Shown here: positions 48,454 to 61,596 of the stretch, in pieces
How the letters are laid out: the number at the start of each line of letters is the position of its first letter
Numbering within the stretch: position 1 is the first letter of the stretch
Program-made: the position numbers and the translations under genes
Notes under the pieces: generated by a model
What the model saw: the letters and a program-made list of their open reading frames with translations, nothing else
What the model was told of the DNA's origin: nothing
Database searches by the model: none
DNA from: Podarcis erhardii
Lineage: Eukaryota
Assembly (NCBI GenBank): GCA_964252035.1
Contig: OZ176200.1
Direction: 5' to 3' (one strand)
Length of the DNA stretch: 64,000 bases

Positions 48454-51400
48454 TGTTGTTGTTGTTTAGTCGTTTAGTCGTATCCGACTCTTCGTGACCC
48501 CATGGACCAGAGCACGCCAGGCACTTCTGTCTTCCACTGCCTCCCGCAGTTTAGTCAAACTCATGCTGGTAGCTTCGAGAACACTATCCAACCATCTCGT
48601 CCTCTGTTGTCCCCTTCTCCTTGTGCCCTCCATCTTTCCCAACATCAGGGTCTTTTCCAGGGAGTTTTCTCTTCTCATGAGGTGCCCAAAGTATTGGAGT
48701 CTCAGCTTCAGGATCTGTCCTTCCAGTGAGCACTCAGGGCTGATTTCCTTCAGAATGGAGAGGTTGGATCTTCTTGCAGTCCATGGGACTCAAGAGTCTC
48801 CTCCAGCACCTTAATTCAAAAGCATCAATTCTTTGGCGATCAGCCTTCTTTATGGTCCAGCTTTCACTTCCATACATCACTACTGGGAAAACCATAGCTT
48901 TTACTATACGGACCTTTGTTGGCAAGGTGATGTCTCTGCTTTTTAAGACGCTGTCTAGGTTTGCCATTGCCTTCCTCCCAAGAAGCAGGCGTTTTTTTAA
49001 TTTTGTGGCTGCTGTCACCATCTGCAGTGATCATGGAGCCCAAGAAAGTAAAATCTCTCACTGCCTCCATTTCTTCCCCTTCTATTTGCCAGGAGGTGAT
49101 GGGCCCAGTGGCCATGATCTTCGTTTTTTTGATGTTTAGCTTCAGACCATATTTTGCGCTCTCCTCTTTCACCCTCATTAAAAGGTTCTTTAATTCCTCC
49201 GCACTTTCTGCCATCAAGGTTGTGTCATCTGCATCTCTGAGGTTGTTGATATTTCTTCCGGCAATCTTAATTCCGGCTAGGGATTCATCCAGCCCAGCCT
49301 TTCGCATGATGAATTCTGCATATAAGTTAAATAAGCAGGGAGACAGCCTTGCTGTACTCCTTTCCCAATGTTGAACCAATCAGTTGTTCCATATCCAGTT
49401 CTAACTGTAGCTTCTTGTCCCACATAGAGATTTCTCAGGAGACAGATGAGGTGATCAGGCACTCCCATTTCTTTAAGAACTTGCCATAGTTTGCTGTGGT
49501 CGACACAGTCAAAGGCTTTTGCATAGTCAATGAAGCAGAAGTAGATGTCTTTCTGGAACTCTCTAGCTTTCTCCATAATCCAGTGCATGTTTGCAATTTG
49601 GTCTCTGGTTCCTCTGCCTTTTCGGAATCCAGCTTGTACTTCTGGGAGTTCTCGGTCCACATACTGCTTAAGCCTGTCTTGTGGAATCTTAAGCATAACC
49701 TTGCTAGCCTTGTGAAATGAGTGCACTTGTGCGGTAGTTGGAGCATTCTTTGGCACTGCCCTTCTTTGGGATTGGGATGTAGACTGATCTTCTCCAATCC
49801 TCTGGCCACTGCTGAGTTTTCCAAACTTGCTGGCATATTGAGTGTAGCACCTTAACAGCATCATCTTTTAAAATTTTAAATAGTTCAGCTGGAATACCAT
49901 CACTTCCACTGGCCTTGTTATTAGCTGTGCTTTCTAAGGCCCATTTGACTTCACTCTCCAGGATGTCTGGCTCAAGGTCAGCAACCACACTACCTGGGGT
50001 GTACGAGCCATCCATATCTTTCTGGTATAATTCCTATGTGTATTCTTGCCACCTCTTCTTGATGTCTTCTGCTTCTGTTAGGTCCTTACCATTTCTGTCC
50101 TTTATTATGGTAATCTTTGTACGAAATGTTCCTTTCATATCTCCAATTTTCTTGAACAGATCTCTGGTTTTTCCCATTCTGTTGTTTTCCTCTATTTCTT
50201 TGCATTGTTCGTTTAAGAAGGCCTTCTTGTCTCTCCTTGCTATTTTTTGGAAATCTGCATTCAATTTCCTGTATCTTTCACTATCTCCCTCGCATTTTGC
50301 TTGCCTTCTCTCTCCTGCTATTTGTAAGGCCTCATTGGATATCCACTTTGCTTTCTTGCATTTCTTTTTCATTGGGATGGTTTTCGTTGCTGCCTCCTGT
50401 ATAATGTTGCGAGCCTCCATCCATAGTTCTTCAGGCACTCTGTCCAGCAAATCTAAATCCTTAAACCTGTTCCTCACTTCCACTGTGTATTCATAAGGGA
50501 TTTGGTTTAGATTGTATCTTACCGGCCCAGTGGTTTTTCCTACTTTCTTCAGTTTGAGCTTGAATTTTGCTATAAGAAGCTGATGATATGAGCCACAGTC
50601 AGCTCCAGGTCTTGTTTTTGCTGACTGTATAGAGCTTCTCCATCTTTGGCTGCAGAGAATATAATCAATCTGATTTCGATGCTGCCCATCTAGTGATGTC
50701 CATGTGTAGAGTCGTCTCCTGTGCTGTTGGAAAAGAGTGTTTGTGATGACCAGCTTGTTCTCTTGACAGAACTCTATTAGCCTTTGCCCTGTTTCGTTTT
50801 GATCTCCAAGGCCAAACTTGCCAGTTGTTCCTTTTATCTCTTGATTCCCTACTTTAGCATTCCAGTCCCCTATAATGAGAAGAACATCCTTCTTTGGTGT
50901 CACTTCTATAAGGTCTTGTAAGTCTTCATAAAACTGGTCAATTTCAGTTTCTTCAGCACCAGTAGTTGGTGCATAAACTTGGATTACTGTGATGTTAAAA
51001 GGTCTGCCTTGGATTCGTATCGAGATCATTCTATCATTTTTGAGATTGCATCCCAGTACAGCTTTCGCCACTCTTTTGTTGACTATGAGGGCCACTCCAT
51101 TTCTTTTACGGGTTTCTTGCCCACAGTAGTAGATATGATAGTCATCCGAACTGAATTCGCCCATTCCTGACCATTTTAGTTCACTGATGCCCAGGATGTC
51201 AATATTTATTCTTGCCATCTCATTTTTGACCATATCCAACTTACCCAGGTTCATGGTTCTTACATTCCAGGTTCCTATGCAATATTTTTCTTTACAGCAT
51301 TGGACTTTCCTTTCGCTTCCAGGCATATCCGCAACTGAGCGTCCTTTCGGCTTTGGCCCAGCCACTTCATCAGCTCTGGATCTACTTGTACTTGTCCTCC

Positions 51401-51670
51401 GCTCTTCCCCAGTAGCATGTTGGACGCCTTCCGACCTGAGGGGCTCATCTTCCAGCGTCATAACTTTTATATGCCTGTTGTCTTTGTCCATGGAGTTTTC
51501 TTGGCAGGGATACTGGAGTGGCTTGCCAGTTCCTCCTCCAGGTGGATCATGTTTGGTCAAAACTCTCCACTATGACCTGTTCATCTTGAGTGTCCTGCTT
51601 GGCATAGTTCATAGCTTCTCTGAGTTATTCAAGCCCCTTCGCCACGGCAAGGCAGTGATCCATGAAGGGG
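48454..51670 (-). mobile_element. Full-length BovB (RTE) LINE, 3217 bp, inactivated; APE endonuclease plus RT
   Basis: TSD ctctactgtt at 48444-48453 and 51671-51680. APE motifs GTWNVRT, GDWNAKVG, NQIDYIL; RT motifs QAGFRKGRGTRDQI, FIDYAKAFDCV; (CAA)n tail. Confidence 0.97.
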
Positions 51671-53494
51671 CTCTACTGTTACACAATTGTTTTATTATTA
51701 TTCACTAGTACTGTATTTTCTTTGTACTTTGCTTCTTCCTTCTGTATGCAATATTTTAAACCTGCTTTCCCTTCCATGCATAGACTAAGCAGATGGAGGG
51801 AAAACTATGAAAGGGGCTTAAGAAATTTTATTACAGCATGTGACTTGATTTCCCCCCTCTGTTCTGCCTGCTGAAATAGTTAGAAACCAAAACACAGAGG
51901 TTTAGTAGTGCCTTTAGAATGTAGTAGTGCATTTAGCTTGCTTATCTGCATAAAACAAACACTTTGCATTTATTTCCACCTCTGTCAGGCAATGAGCTTC
52001 GTAAGACATTTATTCAAAATCTACCACTTGCTTAATTTTGATAGAATAAGTTCGGAAACCACATGTCATCAAGTCACTTCAAAAAAGGAATGTCACCCTA
52101 ACTGACATGTTAAGTCCAAAACCAATGAAAGATGAACTACTGGGGTGGTGGAGGGGAGATCTTCAGCAATTTAGAAAGCATTGCACCACCATTTTAGATC
52201 ATTCACCCAAACAAGGTGCAACTAGACATAGCCATGATTCTAACCACAAGCTAAAGGTGTCTAGAAGGAAATATTTAGGATTGGCTTACAAGTAGCAGAT
52301 CTTTAAGCTGAAAAATAGTACACAGAAGGTCAGGAAAAAGTGTATCAGAACATCCTAGGTTTTGATGTAGAACATACAAAGTATAGCTATGTATTATACT
52401 TATGATGGTGAAGGGTTGACATGCTCTGCATAGCAGTTGGACTAAGTGAGACCATTCCTGTGAATATGTAGTAGTTAACTGTTTAATCTCTGTTCTTGGT
52501 CCTACCCTCACAGGAAAATAACAAGAGAATCCTACCTACACACTTGCTTCAAACTCAATGGCTCAGAGGCATTCTCTCTCTCCCCCGCCCTCTGGTTAAA
52601 AATTCAGATTGGTGTTTGGCTAGATACAATTCCAGTACTTCCTCGTTCATAAATTTTAGTCTGAAATATTCCACATTGCATTTCTAGACAATAAACAAAC
52701 TCTGTGTGCTCAAAATATTTATCTTCCAACATCCTATGGCCGTGAAACCCGATTATATGAATAGTGATGCAGGGCTCCAATCATAACATTTTGAATAGCC
52801 ACTTTGCTGAATATCAACAATATGCTCTGCCCAGAGAATCCAATTATAATCTTTCAAACAGCTATCCATTAAACATTTTAGGCAACATTTTAAAATATTA
52901 ATTTATGAGGCGTTGCTCTAGCTTATGCATCTGAAAGTATGTGTTTCGGGGAAAAGTAGTGGTTGGCGGACCGTTGGTCTGTGTTTATACATTATAGCAC
53001 TGACGTTCCTCTTTCCAAAGAAGAAGAAAAAAAGTTTTGTTTACTGTAAGGCACTGGGTTTTTTCAAAATGTCCTAAGAGAAACTGGGAACGAAGTCTTG
53101 GGGGAGAGAAACATTTTGGTGAGAGTGCCAAGTTTTAGAAGCTTCTCCCAGTACTGAAACCACTTTTAAATTACCCGTAAATGTAAGCATTTAAACTGTA
53201 AACCAGATAGGTAGAGAACACAAAAAGTATTGCCAACATTAATAATTTGTTGAACTTCAACACAATGAGCCATATTTCATACTGCACTGCAAGCTCATTA
53301 ATAAAAAGCTGGTTGCTGGGGTTCCATGAAGCACAAATGCAAGCCATTAGGAAAAAGAAAACCCCGTATAGCTACTTAATGTCATCAGAATGAAAGAAAT
53401 CCTTAGCAAAACAATCGTTTCAAACAACTTGGGCCCAAAGTACCTCCTGATTCCTTCTGCTCCACCTCAGTCACTGAGATCTTCCTGCCCCTGA

Positions 53495-53690
53495 TGTGCC
53501 CCCTGGAACTCCTTGCCTGTAAAGATCAGGCAAGAGTCACCCCTGCCATATTTTAGAGGTCTTTTGAAAACAGTATTGTTCAGACGGGTCTTGAATGGAA
53601 CATGAATGGATATTATTGTGGATATTATAATGCTGTACACCAACTTGCTATTATTATTTAATGAAAGTACTGTATATTTAAAAGAGCGAT
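53495..53690 (+). mobile_element. L2 3' fragment (others at 60300-60545 on + and 60700-60800 on -)
   Basis: ctggaactccttgcctgtaaagatcaggc; at 60.4 kb AAADTM.HVTPVLKDLHWLPI. Confidence 0.65.
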
Positions 53691-56551
53691 TATCTTTGTT
53701 TATCCTGGCCTTAAAAGTGGCCGGCATGGGCAATGGTCACGGATAATGGGATTTATAGTTCAGCAATGTTTGGAGCGCCACAGGCTGCCCAACCCTGGTT
53801 TACTGCTATGAGGACAAGCTTAGGTGTCCCTTGAACCCTTCTCTTCCAGTGAAGTCGTGAAGAGGAGATGATCAAAGGTTGACGATCCTGGCTTCTTTGG
53901 ACAAACCATAGTTAAAGCTCACCACTGCAAACCCCCTCCCCTACTTTCAACAAACTATGGTGTGCTGAAAATGGAGGCAAATGCTTGCAGCCATGCTGGA
54001 AAAGTGAGCCCGCATATATCTATCCAGTCCCATAAATTAAGATAAATTGGATACAATACTTAAGGATTAATTTAGGATGCAAAATCAACCACACCCCCCC
54101 CCAACTTATTACCATGTGTGTTATGGGGAAAGCAAATACACCTTATATTAAAGCTGCGTTCCTTTGCACAGTTACCTAGAAGTAAGCCCTATGGCAAGCA
54201 GTGCAACTTACTTCTGAGTAAACTTTCACAGGTTTGAGCTGCACCTGCCAAAATATATTCTTGCCATGCTTTAGAATCGACATGAAAAACGGGAGTTGAA
54301 CATGAAGGTATTCAAATGAATGATTTCTCTCCCTTTCAATTAAGAATTTTTGGACAGCCTTGGCTATGCCATGTCATGCCTCCAGAAATCTCTGCCAATA
54401 AAGGAACTCATTTATCAAGAAGTGAGTATACAAAGACAAGACTTAGCATGGTATCAAGTAATGTGAAAAGCGTGAGGGAAGTATTTAGCAAACATGAGTC
54501 ACAGTCCACAAAAGTCGAGTTCATGTCAAAAAGACATTGATGAATGGGACAAGTTCTAATTGGGTTTGGGACAAAATAACGGGTTGGGATTTTTTTATTC
54601 TTCCAGAACTCATGTTAAATACATGCATGAGAAGGTATTTCTGGAATCTGTGCTAAATTAAGTCTGCTCGGTTGTTCAGCTAAAGTGAAATCAAATATTA
54701 ATGTATTCATTTCAATAAACATTTCTGGGCTTCCAGTGATTGATCCAATTACTCTACTAATCATAAATTTTGATTCTTTCAACAGCTTTCTGACTCATGG
54801 AATTCCGAGTTGCAAATGTTGCCTAGTGAATGAATTTTAGCTATTTAATATTCATGTGACCCCAACACGTTATTATGCCAAGCAATTTAAAGATATTCTG
54901 GAAGCAATAAATGCAGTGTGGGTGTGTGGGAGCTACCAGAACCCCAGCTTGCATCCAAAAGAATGGCAACATTAGTGTGATGCTATTACTTAAGATGGCA
55001 GTTGTAACAGGGCAGCTTGAATGGGAAGAAGCTCTCCAGTACGTATTGAAGCTTACAGGTGGGAGAATGAATGAGGATGCAATCCTGCATCTGAAGTCAA
55101 TGTTTTGACTAACATAAGAATTCACCGCAATTAGCTCTTCCCAGTAATAAATTGGCTTTGCTTCTGGTCACAGGAGGAAGTAATGGGCACTTCACCCTGC
55201 ATTTAAAAATGGACCCCACCCCCCTCTCTACTAATGCACAGCTACGCTTAAAGAAATGGGATATCTGAAACAAAGCCAGAAATACTGGCAAGTGCCTGGC
55301 TGTGAATGGAGCTCGCGTTCACATCTCACACACAGAGAGAACATGGATCACGCCATCAATCAAAATCCTACTGCGCAAGCCTTAAGAATGCTACTCTTAA
55401 CTTAGAGCTTGTGTTTTTACTTGACTGGTATAATAATTTATGTTGCACTTCAATGGCAGGAGTTAAAATATCACAGCTGCCTATGATTTTGCAGTCTGCT
55501 ATAAACTGCAGCTAAAAGGTAAGCCCCTCACTCTTTTTTGGAGGCAACAGTATATTTGAAATTAAAGTTGTTTCAAGAGCAAAGGATGATGTTGTTATTC
55601 TGCTGCCAAGTCTCATTTCTTACTCTCATCCAAGTGCTACTGAAAGCATATAATAACAAGGCTTTGAAGTTGCCAAGCGAGGTAGAAAAGCCAAGAGTGA
55701 TGGGTTCAATCAAACAGCAACCCCACCCTACTCTACCGGGAGAGAGAAATCTCTAACCAACCTTACAAGTTTTTGGAAGTGCGCTACCAAGTTAAGTTCT
55801 GAAACTGAAAACTGCCCAGAGATCTTTGTCATTAAAGTTTGCTATAAGCAGCCTATCACCAAAGCACGTCTGTCTGTCTGTCTGTCTGTCTATAGCAAAC
55901 ACAGGGGCACTGTACTTTGGGCATACACATCCCAAGAACTGAGTTTTGCAAAATATGGAGATTTTTTTTTTTAACCAGAAGAACCCTTAAACTGATTCCT
56001 TCACCTTTTATAGCCCTCTTCACCAATACAGTGAGAAAACAGTTAGAAATATGGAGGGAAATGAATGGGATTTACTGCTAAAGCTCATCACCCTCAGCTT
56101 ACTCTCATGTAAAATTTTTGAAATCTTGCTGGCTTCTTTGTCTTTGGTCAATGCTGATTAAGATTGCCTTGTCCCTTGATTGCTTTCTGTGCCAACTTTA
56201 CATTGCTAGTTCTCACAATGCCCCACTCCTTTAAAGCACAACCACTGCCTTTGCTCTTTTTCTGCTCCTGTCTTTAACTACCTTGACTAGAATATCAGAG
56301 AATCAACTTTGCTCTAACTTCTGATACCAGCCGACTCTTCTTTGTGTTTCTCACAGTCCATTTATAAAGCCCTGCCTACTCTTTCCCCAAGTTAAAATAC
56401 TGTACTATACTATATTTCCATCATATGCAAACCAGAAAAGTTGAGGTGTGACCAGAAACAAAGGACTGGTTTAGACTGGACAAATGTCTAAGCCTGTTCG
56501 TTATCTTTTTTATGCATTACTAGTGTGCTGAACAGATGCAAAACACCAATC

Positions 56552-56758
56552 CAGTGGTACCTCGGGTTACAGACGCTTCAGGTTACAGACTCCGCTAACC
56601 CAAATAGTACCTCGGGTTAAGAATTTTGCTTCAGGATAAGAACAGAAATCGCGCGGCAGTGGCACAGTGGCAGCAGGGGGCCTCATTAGCTAAAGTGGTA
56701 CCTCAGGTTAAGAACAGACTTCCAGAATGAATTAAGTTCTCAAGCCGAGCTACCACTG
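56552..56758. mobile_element. Tigger-like MITE, copy 3 of 3
   Basis: cagtggtacctcggg / ccgagctaccactg ends; right TA intact. Confidence 0.9.
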
Positions 56759-58969
56759 TAAATATTATAAATATGCTGAGACGTAAGCTATCATCCACTG
56801 ATAATTCACAGTAGATGGCATTATTGGTACTAGACAACATAGCTGGCATTGATGGGCATTGCTACACTTAACATCTAAAGGAAGACATTTAGGGAAAAAT
56901 AATTTCCAAACTACACTTTCCTAGTAATCAATCCACATTTAAGGGCGAAACAGTAAACTACATATGCTAGAAAGCTGGGCTCACACACCCCTTCCTGTTT
57001 AATTCCCGAGATGCCCATTATTTTATTAAAATTATACTGCATACATACTTCAGCGTAAATGAAACATTATGATGACCAATTTATCCAAATATAGAGAATT
57101 TTGGAAAACCCTCTGAAATATTCCCACGGGAACATATATGTCTCTAAATTCAAAAATGGATTGGAATCCAAGAGTCTGCTGCCCCCAAAATGGAACAGCT
57201 TTACTGTTATGTTGACAAGTAAAGCCCATGCAATTATGCTGCAAGTAAAATATGGATTTTTAAATAAGGAATAATGACCACTGTGTAACAGGTGGCCAAT
57301 GTTTTTTCAGCCTCGGTGCAAAACCCCATTTCCTGCCTAACATCTTGAATAGATTGCGTACCAAAATAAATAAATAAATAAAACCAATGAACCAAAAATG
57401 GTGCAATGGGATCTGTATGAATTGTCGTTTAAAAATTTCCTAACTAAAGATAAGTCAGGGCTTCCTAACAACATGGGAACTCCCTGCTCCCCATGACTTT
57501 TCTAAGGAATAATTTCTGCTGCTGGTGTTTTTGTGTGTGTTGGATCTTTAAACAAAACATAGAAATGTTCCATCCTAACTTATAAGTACCATTTTGTTTA
57601 TCCAAGTTTAGATGGTAAGAGCTCTAGAAGACTTATAAAATATCCAGTGTTTCATGAAGTCTTGTTCTTAAGCATAGCTCTCCATATCATATTTTGTTTC
57701 TGAAAATATTAGCATTTTGTTTAGGAGGGTTGGTTTCCTTTCTGCCTTGAAGGAACCTTTCCCACATCAATCTAACTGTTGAAGAGCACGTGTATTGTAG
57801 GTTGGCGGATCCAGAGTGTACCACAGGCTCACATGGTGTAGTGACAAGATCTATTGGGCCTCATCATTTCCTACGGAAGCTGAGGGTGCATTCAGACTAG
57901 GGAAGATCAGGAATGGAAGTCTTTCAGTGAAGTTTGCCAATACTGTTCTTCTAATTGTAGAAGAAATACCCAGGATCACCTTGGACTCTCTAAAACCATA
58001 GGCTTGGGAAGACCAACAGCAATTCTCCCCCTTGTGTTTGCGCATAAATCAAATTATTTTCACTAGAGAGCTTGCAACTTTCCCCGCAATTCCTATCTGC
58101 ATCGCTGCTTGCTCTGAAATGTCTCTAGGGAAGGGAGCGCCCAGGATGCAGAAGTTGTAGAGGTACAGTAAATGCAGAAAATTACCACATTAAGGAGGAG
58201 TCAGTACAAACATTAGCGCTCACATTTCCAGCAGAAAGCCACAGACAGGAAACAATGTTTGCTAAACCGATTGAAAGGTGCCTCACTTCATTTTATGACC
58301 AATAATACTGTTCATGGCATAAATTGGCCGGAACGTACAAACGCCCAGACTATCTACCAATAAGGATACCTGCAAAAGATGAATGCACTGCACTAGGAAA
58401 AGCAGCACAAAGCTAACAAACGTCTTTAATCTGTCGAATCACCCTTATTTGTCAGGTGTACAGTGGGTATTTTCCTTATCTTAACAAAACAGCCCGCCTC
58501 CCAAATGAAACATCACAAGCGCTGTGGAGGAATTCAGAAAGGTTACAAAACAGGAAGGAAAAGGTCTTGCTGTACACAGGTATCTTTAAATAATTATCTG
58601 GATCAAGGCTTATATCAACATTTTCTACTTTCTTCGGTGAACTGGAGAAAAGCTACATGCAGACTCATTTCAATGCCCACCCTAGAACTGATATTTTTGC
58701 AAGGCTGTAACTGCTACATTAGGAAGAGTTGAGTGATATAGGCAGATATTCCTGAGGGGATGAAGCACACCATTTCCAAGAAAGGGCTTCTTTTGCTATC
58801 TTACACTTTAGCTGCTACACTAAAGTTAGGTTTAGTCACATTTGGCTGGATTCAGAATTCAGGCGAGCAGAACTTGTAATAATTACTGGCATGTCTTTTA
58901 TCTGTAAGCTGTCTTGAGTCTCAACAGAGAAAAAGGTTGGGTATAAATAAATAAATAAATATATAATCT

Positions 58970-59490
58970 TCATAATAACCATTGTCCTATATTGAAAGAT
59001 TTTTGGCAGAAGGTAACTGAAACCATCAACAGAACTGTATAGAACAACCTTACATTTACAGAGCAAAATATCCTCTTGAATTATTATATAACCAGCACAT
59101 GGAACCTTACAAAAAGACAATGTGAGTGGACTCTCTGTGCCCTTACCACAAAAAGACTGATACTGATGAACTGGAAAAATAAAAATGCGGCACCCTTCTA
59201 CGATTGGATTGAAGACTTATACAAACTCGCAACATATGAACAACTTGCATATAAACACAGACTTGCCATGGACAAATTCAATGATATTTGGAATCCATTC
59301 TTACAAATACCGTAAACTGTAATAGGTTAAGATTTGGTGAAGTACAATAACAACCTTGTAAAATATACAGTTTTGGGTCCCCCCCCCCTTTGTTTTCCCT
59401 TCTGCACAGGCTCTGTTTCTCTTTTTTGTTTGCGTTCACCATGTCTGGTGTACATATAGTTAGGTGCTTTTTGAACTTTCAATAAAAAGA
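58970..59490 (+). mobile_element. L1 3' fragment
   Basis: CPILKDFWQKV...RLILMNWK...YDWIEDL...TYEQLAY...KFNDIWNPFL, then a 3' UTR ending in aataaaaa. Confidence 0.85.
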
Positions 59491-59802
59491 TCACCATCAC
59501 CATCATTCTGTCTGCAAGGCACTCCTGCTAGAGAATGTGGGTAGAGAGGCTGCTCTCCAGACCCCTCAAAAGCTGTTCTGGACAGTTCAGTGACCCTCCA
59601 AGGACTGGGAGCTGCAGGGGGTGAAGCTCACCTCCCAGTCCCCTTCTCCAGCAGCTGCTTCTGCAGGAATTCCAGTCTTTCAGTTCAAGGAAGGGGCATT
59701 CTAGATCCAACTCACTGTAAATCTACCTTCAAATTTGACCTTTTTTTCCTTAGGGAAGGTGCAACACCTTAAAAACAGAAAGAGAGATAATTGTCTACTT
59801 AC

Positions 59803-60041
59803 GGCAAGGCGTATTCTGGTAACTCACAAGTTGTGGAAAGGCCATGATAGCAGACATCACTGGTGAATCATTTTGTTTTGGTTCTTTTTCAGTCATCTGG
59901 TCAGCCCAGACAACGGCTTTCTCTCTGTGAATCAGCTGCTCAAAAGCCTTGAAGTCATCCTCAACAGCACTGTTTGCTAACCCTGCTGTTTTCAAAGCTT
60001 CGTACTGCTTTCTTATAACAGAAAGCAAAGCACTTAGTATT
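59803..60041 (-). CDS. KIF18A: KIF18A internal coding exon (239 nt, phase 2-1), ILSALLSVIRKQYEALK...KAVVWADQ...QNTPC
   Basis: Acceptor ttttttaacag| and donor C|gtaagt. It matches human [40 protein letters not shown]...KQNDLP. Confidence 0.96.
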
Positions 60042-61474
60042 CTGTTAAAAAAAAGGAAGTTTCATGGTAAATAAGCAACAAACATCTCAGAGATAGCACT
60101 GCATGCTGCTTTCATGTAAATTGTATTTAAGGAACATTATATATATGCAGACATTCTACTTAGAAAGTATACACAAGCTTTTAAACACCAGTTGCGCAGT
60201 GAGAGAAGACTATTGTCAGCAAGTCCTGTTTGAATTTTAACACTCTGACCATATTCCCATTAACCTAGTGTTTGTATTTGTAGAGTTTCTTTCTGGGGTT
60301 AAATGTTGCAGAGTGCCTTCACAATTCTAGATTTGATTTTATGGTCATTAATCCTTAGGTGCCAACCTACATTTTCAACAGGATTCCTATACCCTAAAAT
60401 ATTTGAGTTGATCCTTCTGCACTCTGGATTAATTGCAGTTTCAGAATGCGGCTGCCGATACCATGTAACACCGGTCCTGAAAGACCTACATTGGCTCCCA
60501 ATTGGCTTTCCGAGCACAATTTAAAGTGTTGGTGCTAACCCTTAAAGCAAAAAAGAGATCTTGGTATAGGTCATCAACCAGGTCCCTCAAACCAGATAGG
60601 TAGCCAGACTAGAAATTTATCATCTCACTGTTAGGCACCACTGAGCCAACAAAGAACTCATTCATCGGTATCTATTCTATAGGCTTCTCTAAGGGGAAAA
60701 TTCCCAGGAAGGGAAATGCTATTAAGATCAGCTGTTTTAAAAGAGGGGTTATAGGCGTTCCAAAGGGAGCCAGTAATCTGGCTTCTGTATTTTGGACCTG
60801 TTGAAGTATCAGAGATGTCTTCAAGGACAGTCCGAAGCCCTTGGCCAAGTCATTGTTTGGTGAAGGGGCGGAGGTGAAAACCCCCCATTCCCCCATTTAT
60901 AATCAGCTGAAGAGAAGGGCTGGGCTGGGTACCTGCGGTGCATGAGATACCCACCACTGGCATGTGCCCCTGAATCACTGGCCAAGAGTGAATTTGGCCT
61001 TCAGGCCAGAAAAAAAGGTTGGCTACCCATAGAATGGAACTAGGCACATTCTCCTGCCTACATCTTCCACACTGCAGGGCTGCCTTATTTCTGGTTCTAG
61101 AGGCAAGACAAGAGGCAAAGCTAGGAAGTCACAGCAGTCTGCCTACAGACTACAATGGATTCCAAAATGGCACCCTCATGCTCTGGATTTGATTTGCTGC
61201 ACACCTTCCAAAGAGATTGGCCACCACTGAGCTTAAAAGGTCAAAGTGTTCCTACTAAGATATTCTGAAAGAACTAGAGAGCAATCTGTTCAGCTTTGTG
61301 GAACAGGACAGAAAAAGAAACATTGTCGTTGTCCCTTTCAGACCTCTTGTTCAAAAGCAGTCCAACGAAAGTTTAATCAAATGTACCACAATTTTCGTGT
61401 AAAATTAGCATACATACGTCAAAAGCTTTAAATAGGGAAGGTGTTCAAAATATGGCATTTCAAAATTGACTTAC

Positions 61475-61596
61475 TTTTCTGTCTGTTTATATTGCTGTTC
61501 TTGGAGGGATGCAAGAGTCCTCATGTATTCAGCCTGAGTTCTCAAATCCTTCACTTCCAACTTCAAATGGAAGTACTGCAGATCTCTGTTAAGCTC
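61475..61596 (-). CDS. KIF18A: KIF18A internal coding exon (122 nt, phase 0-2), ELNRDLQYFHLKLEVKDLRTQAEYMRTLASLQEQQYKQTE
   Basis: Acceptor ttttccag| and donor AA|gtaagt. It matches human ELKKDLHCHHL...LQEQQHRQTE and phases fit both neighbours. Not listed in the ORF track. Confidence 0.95.

Noticed and set aside
58630-58710. IZUMO-like motif (LEKSYMQTHFNAH)
   Set aside because: Only a short resemblance; the Izumo-domain cysteines are absent and stops flank it.
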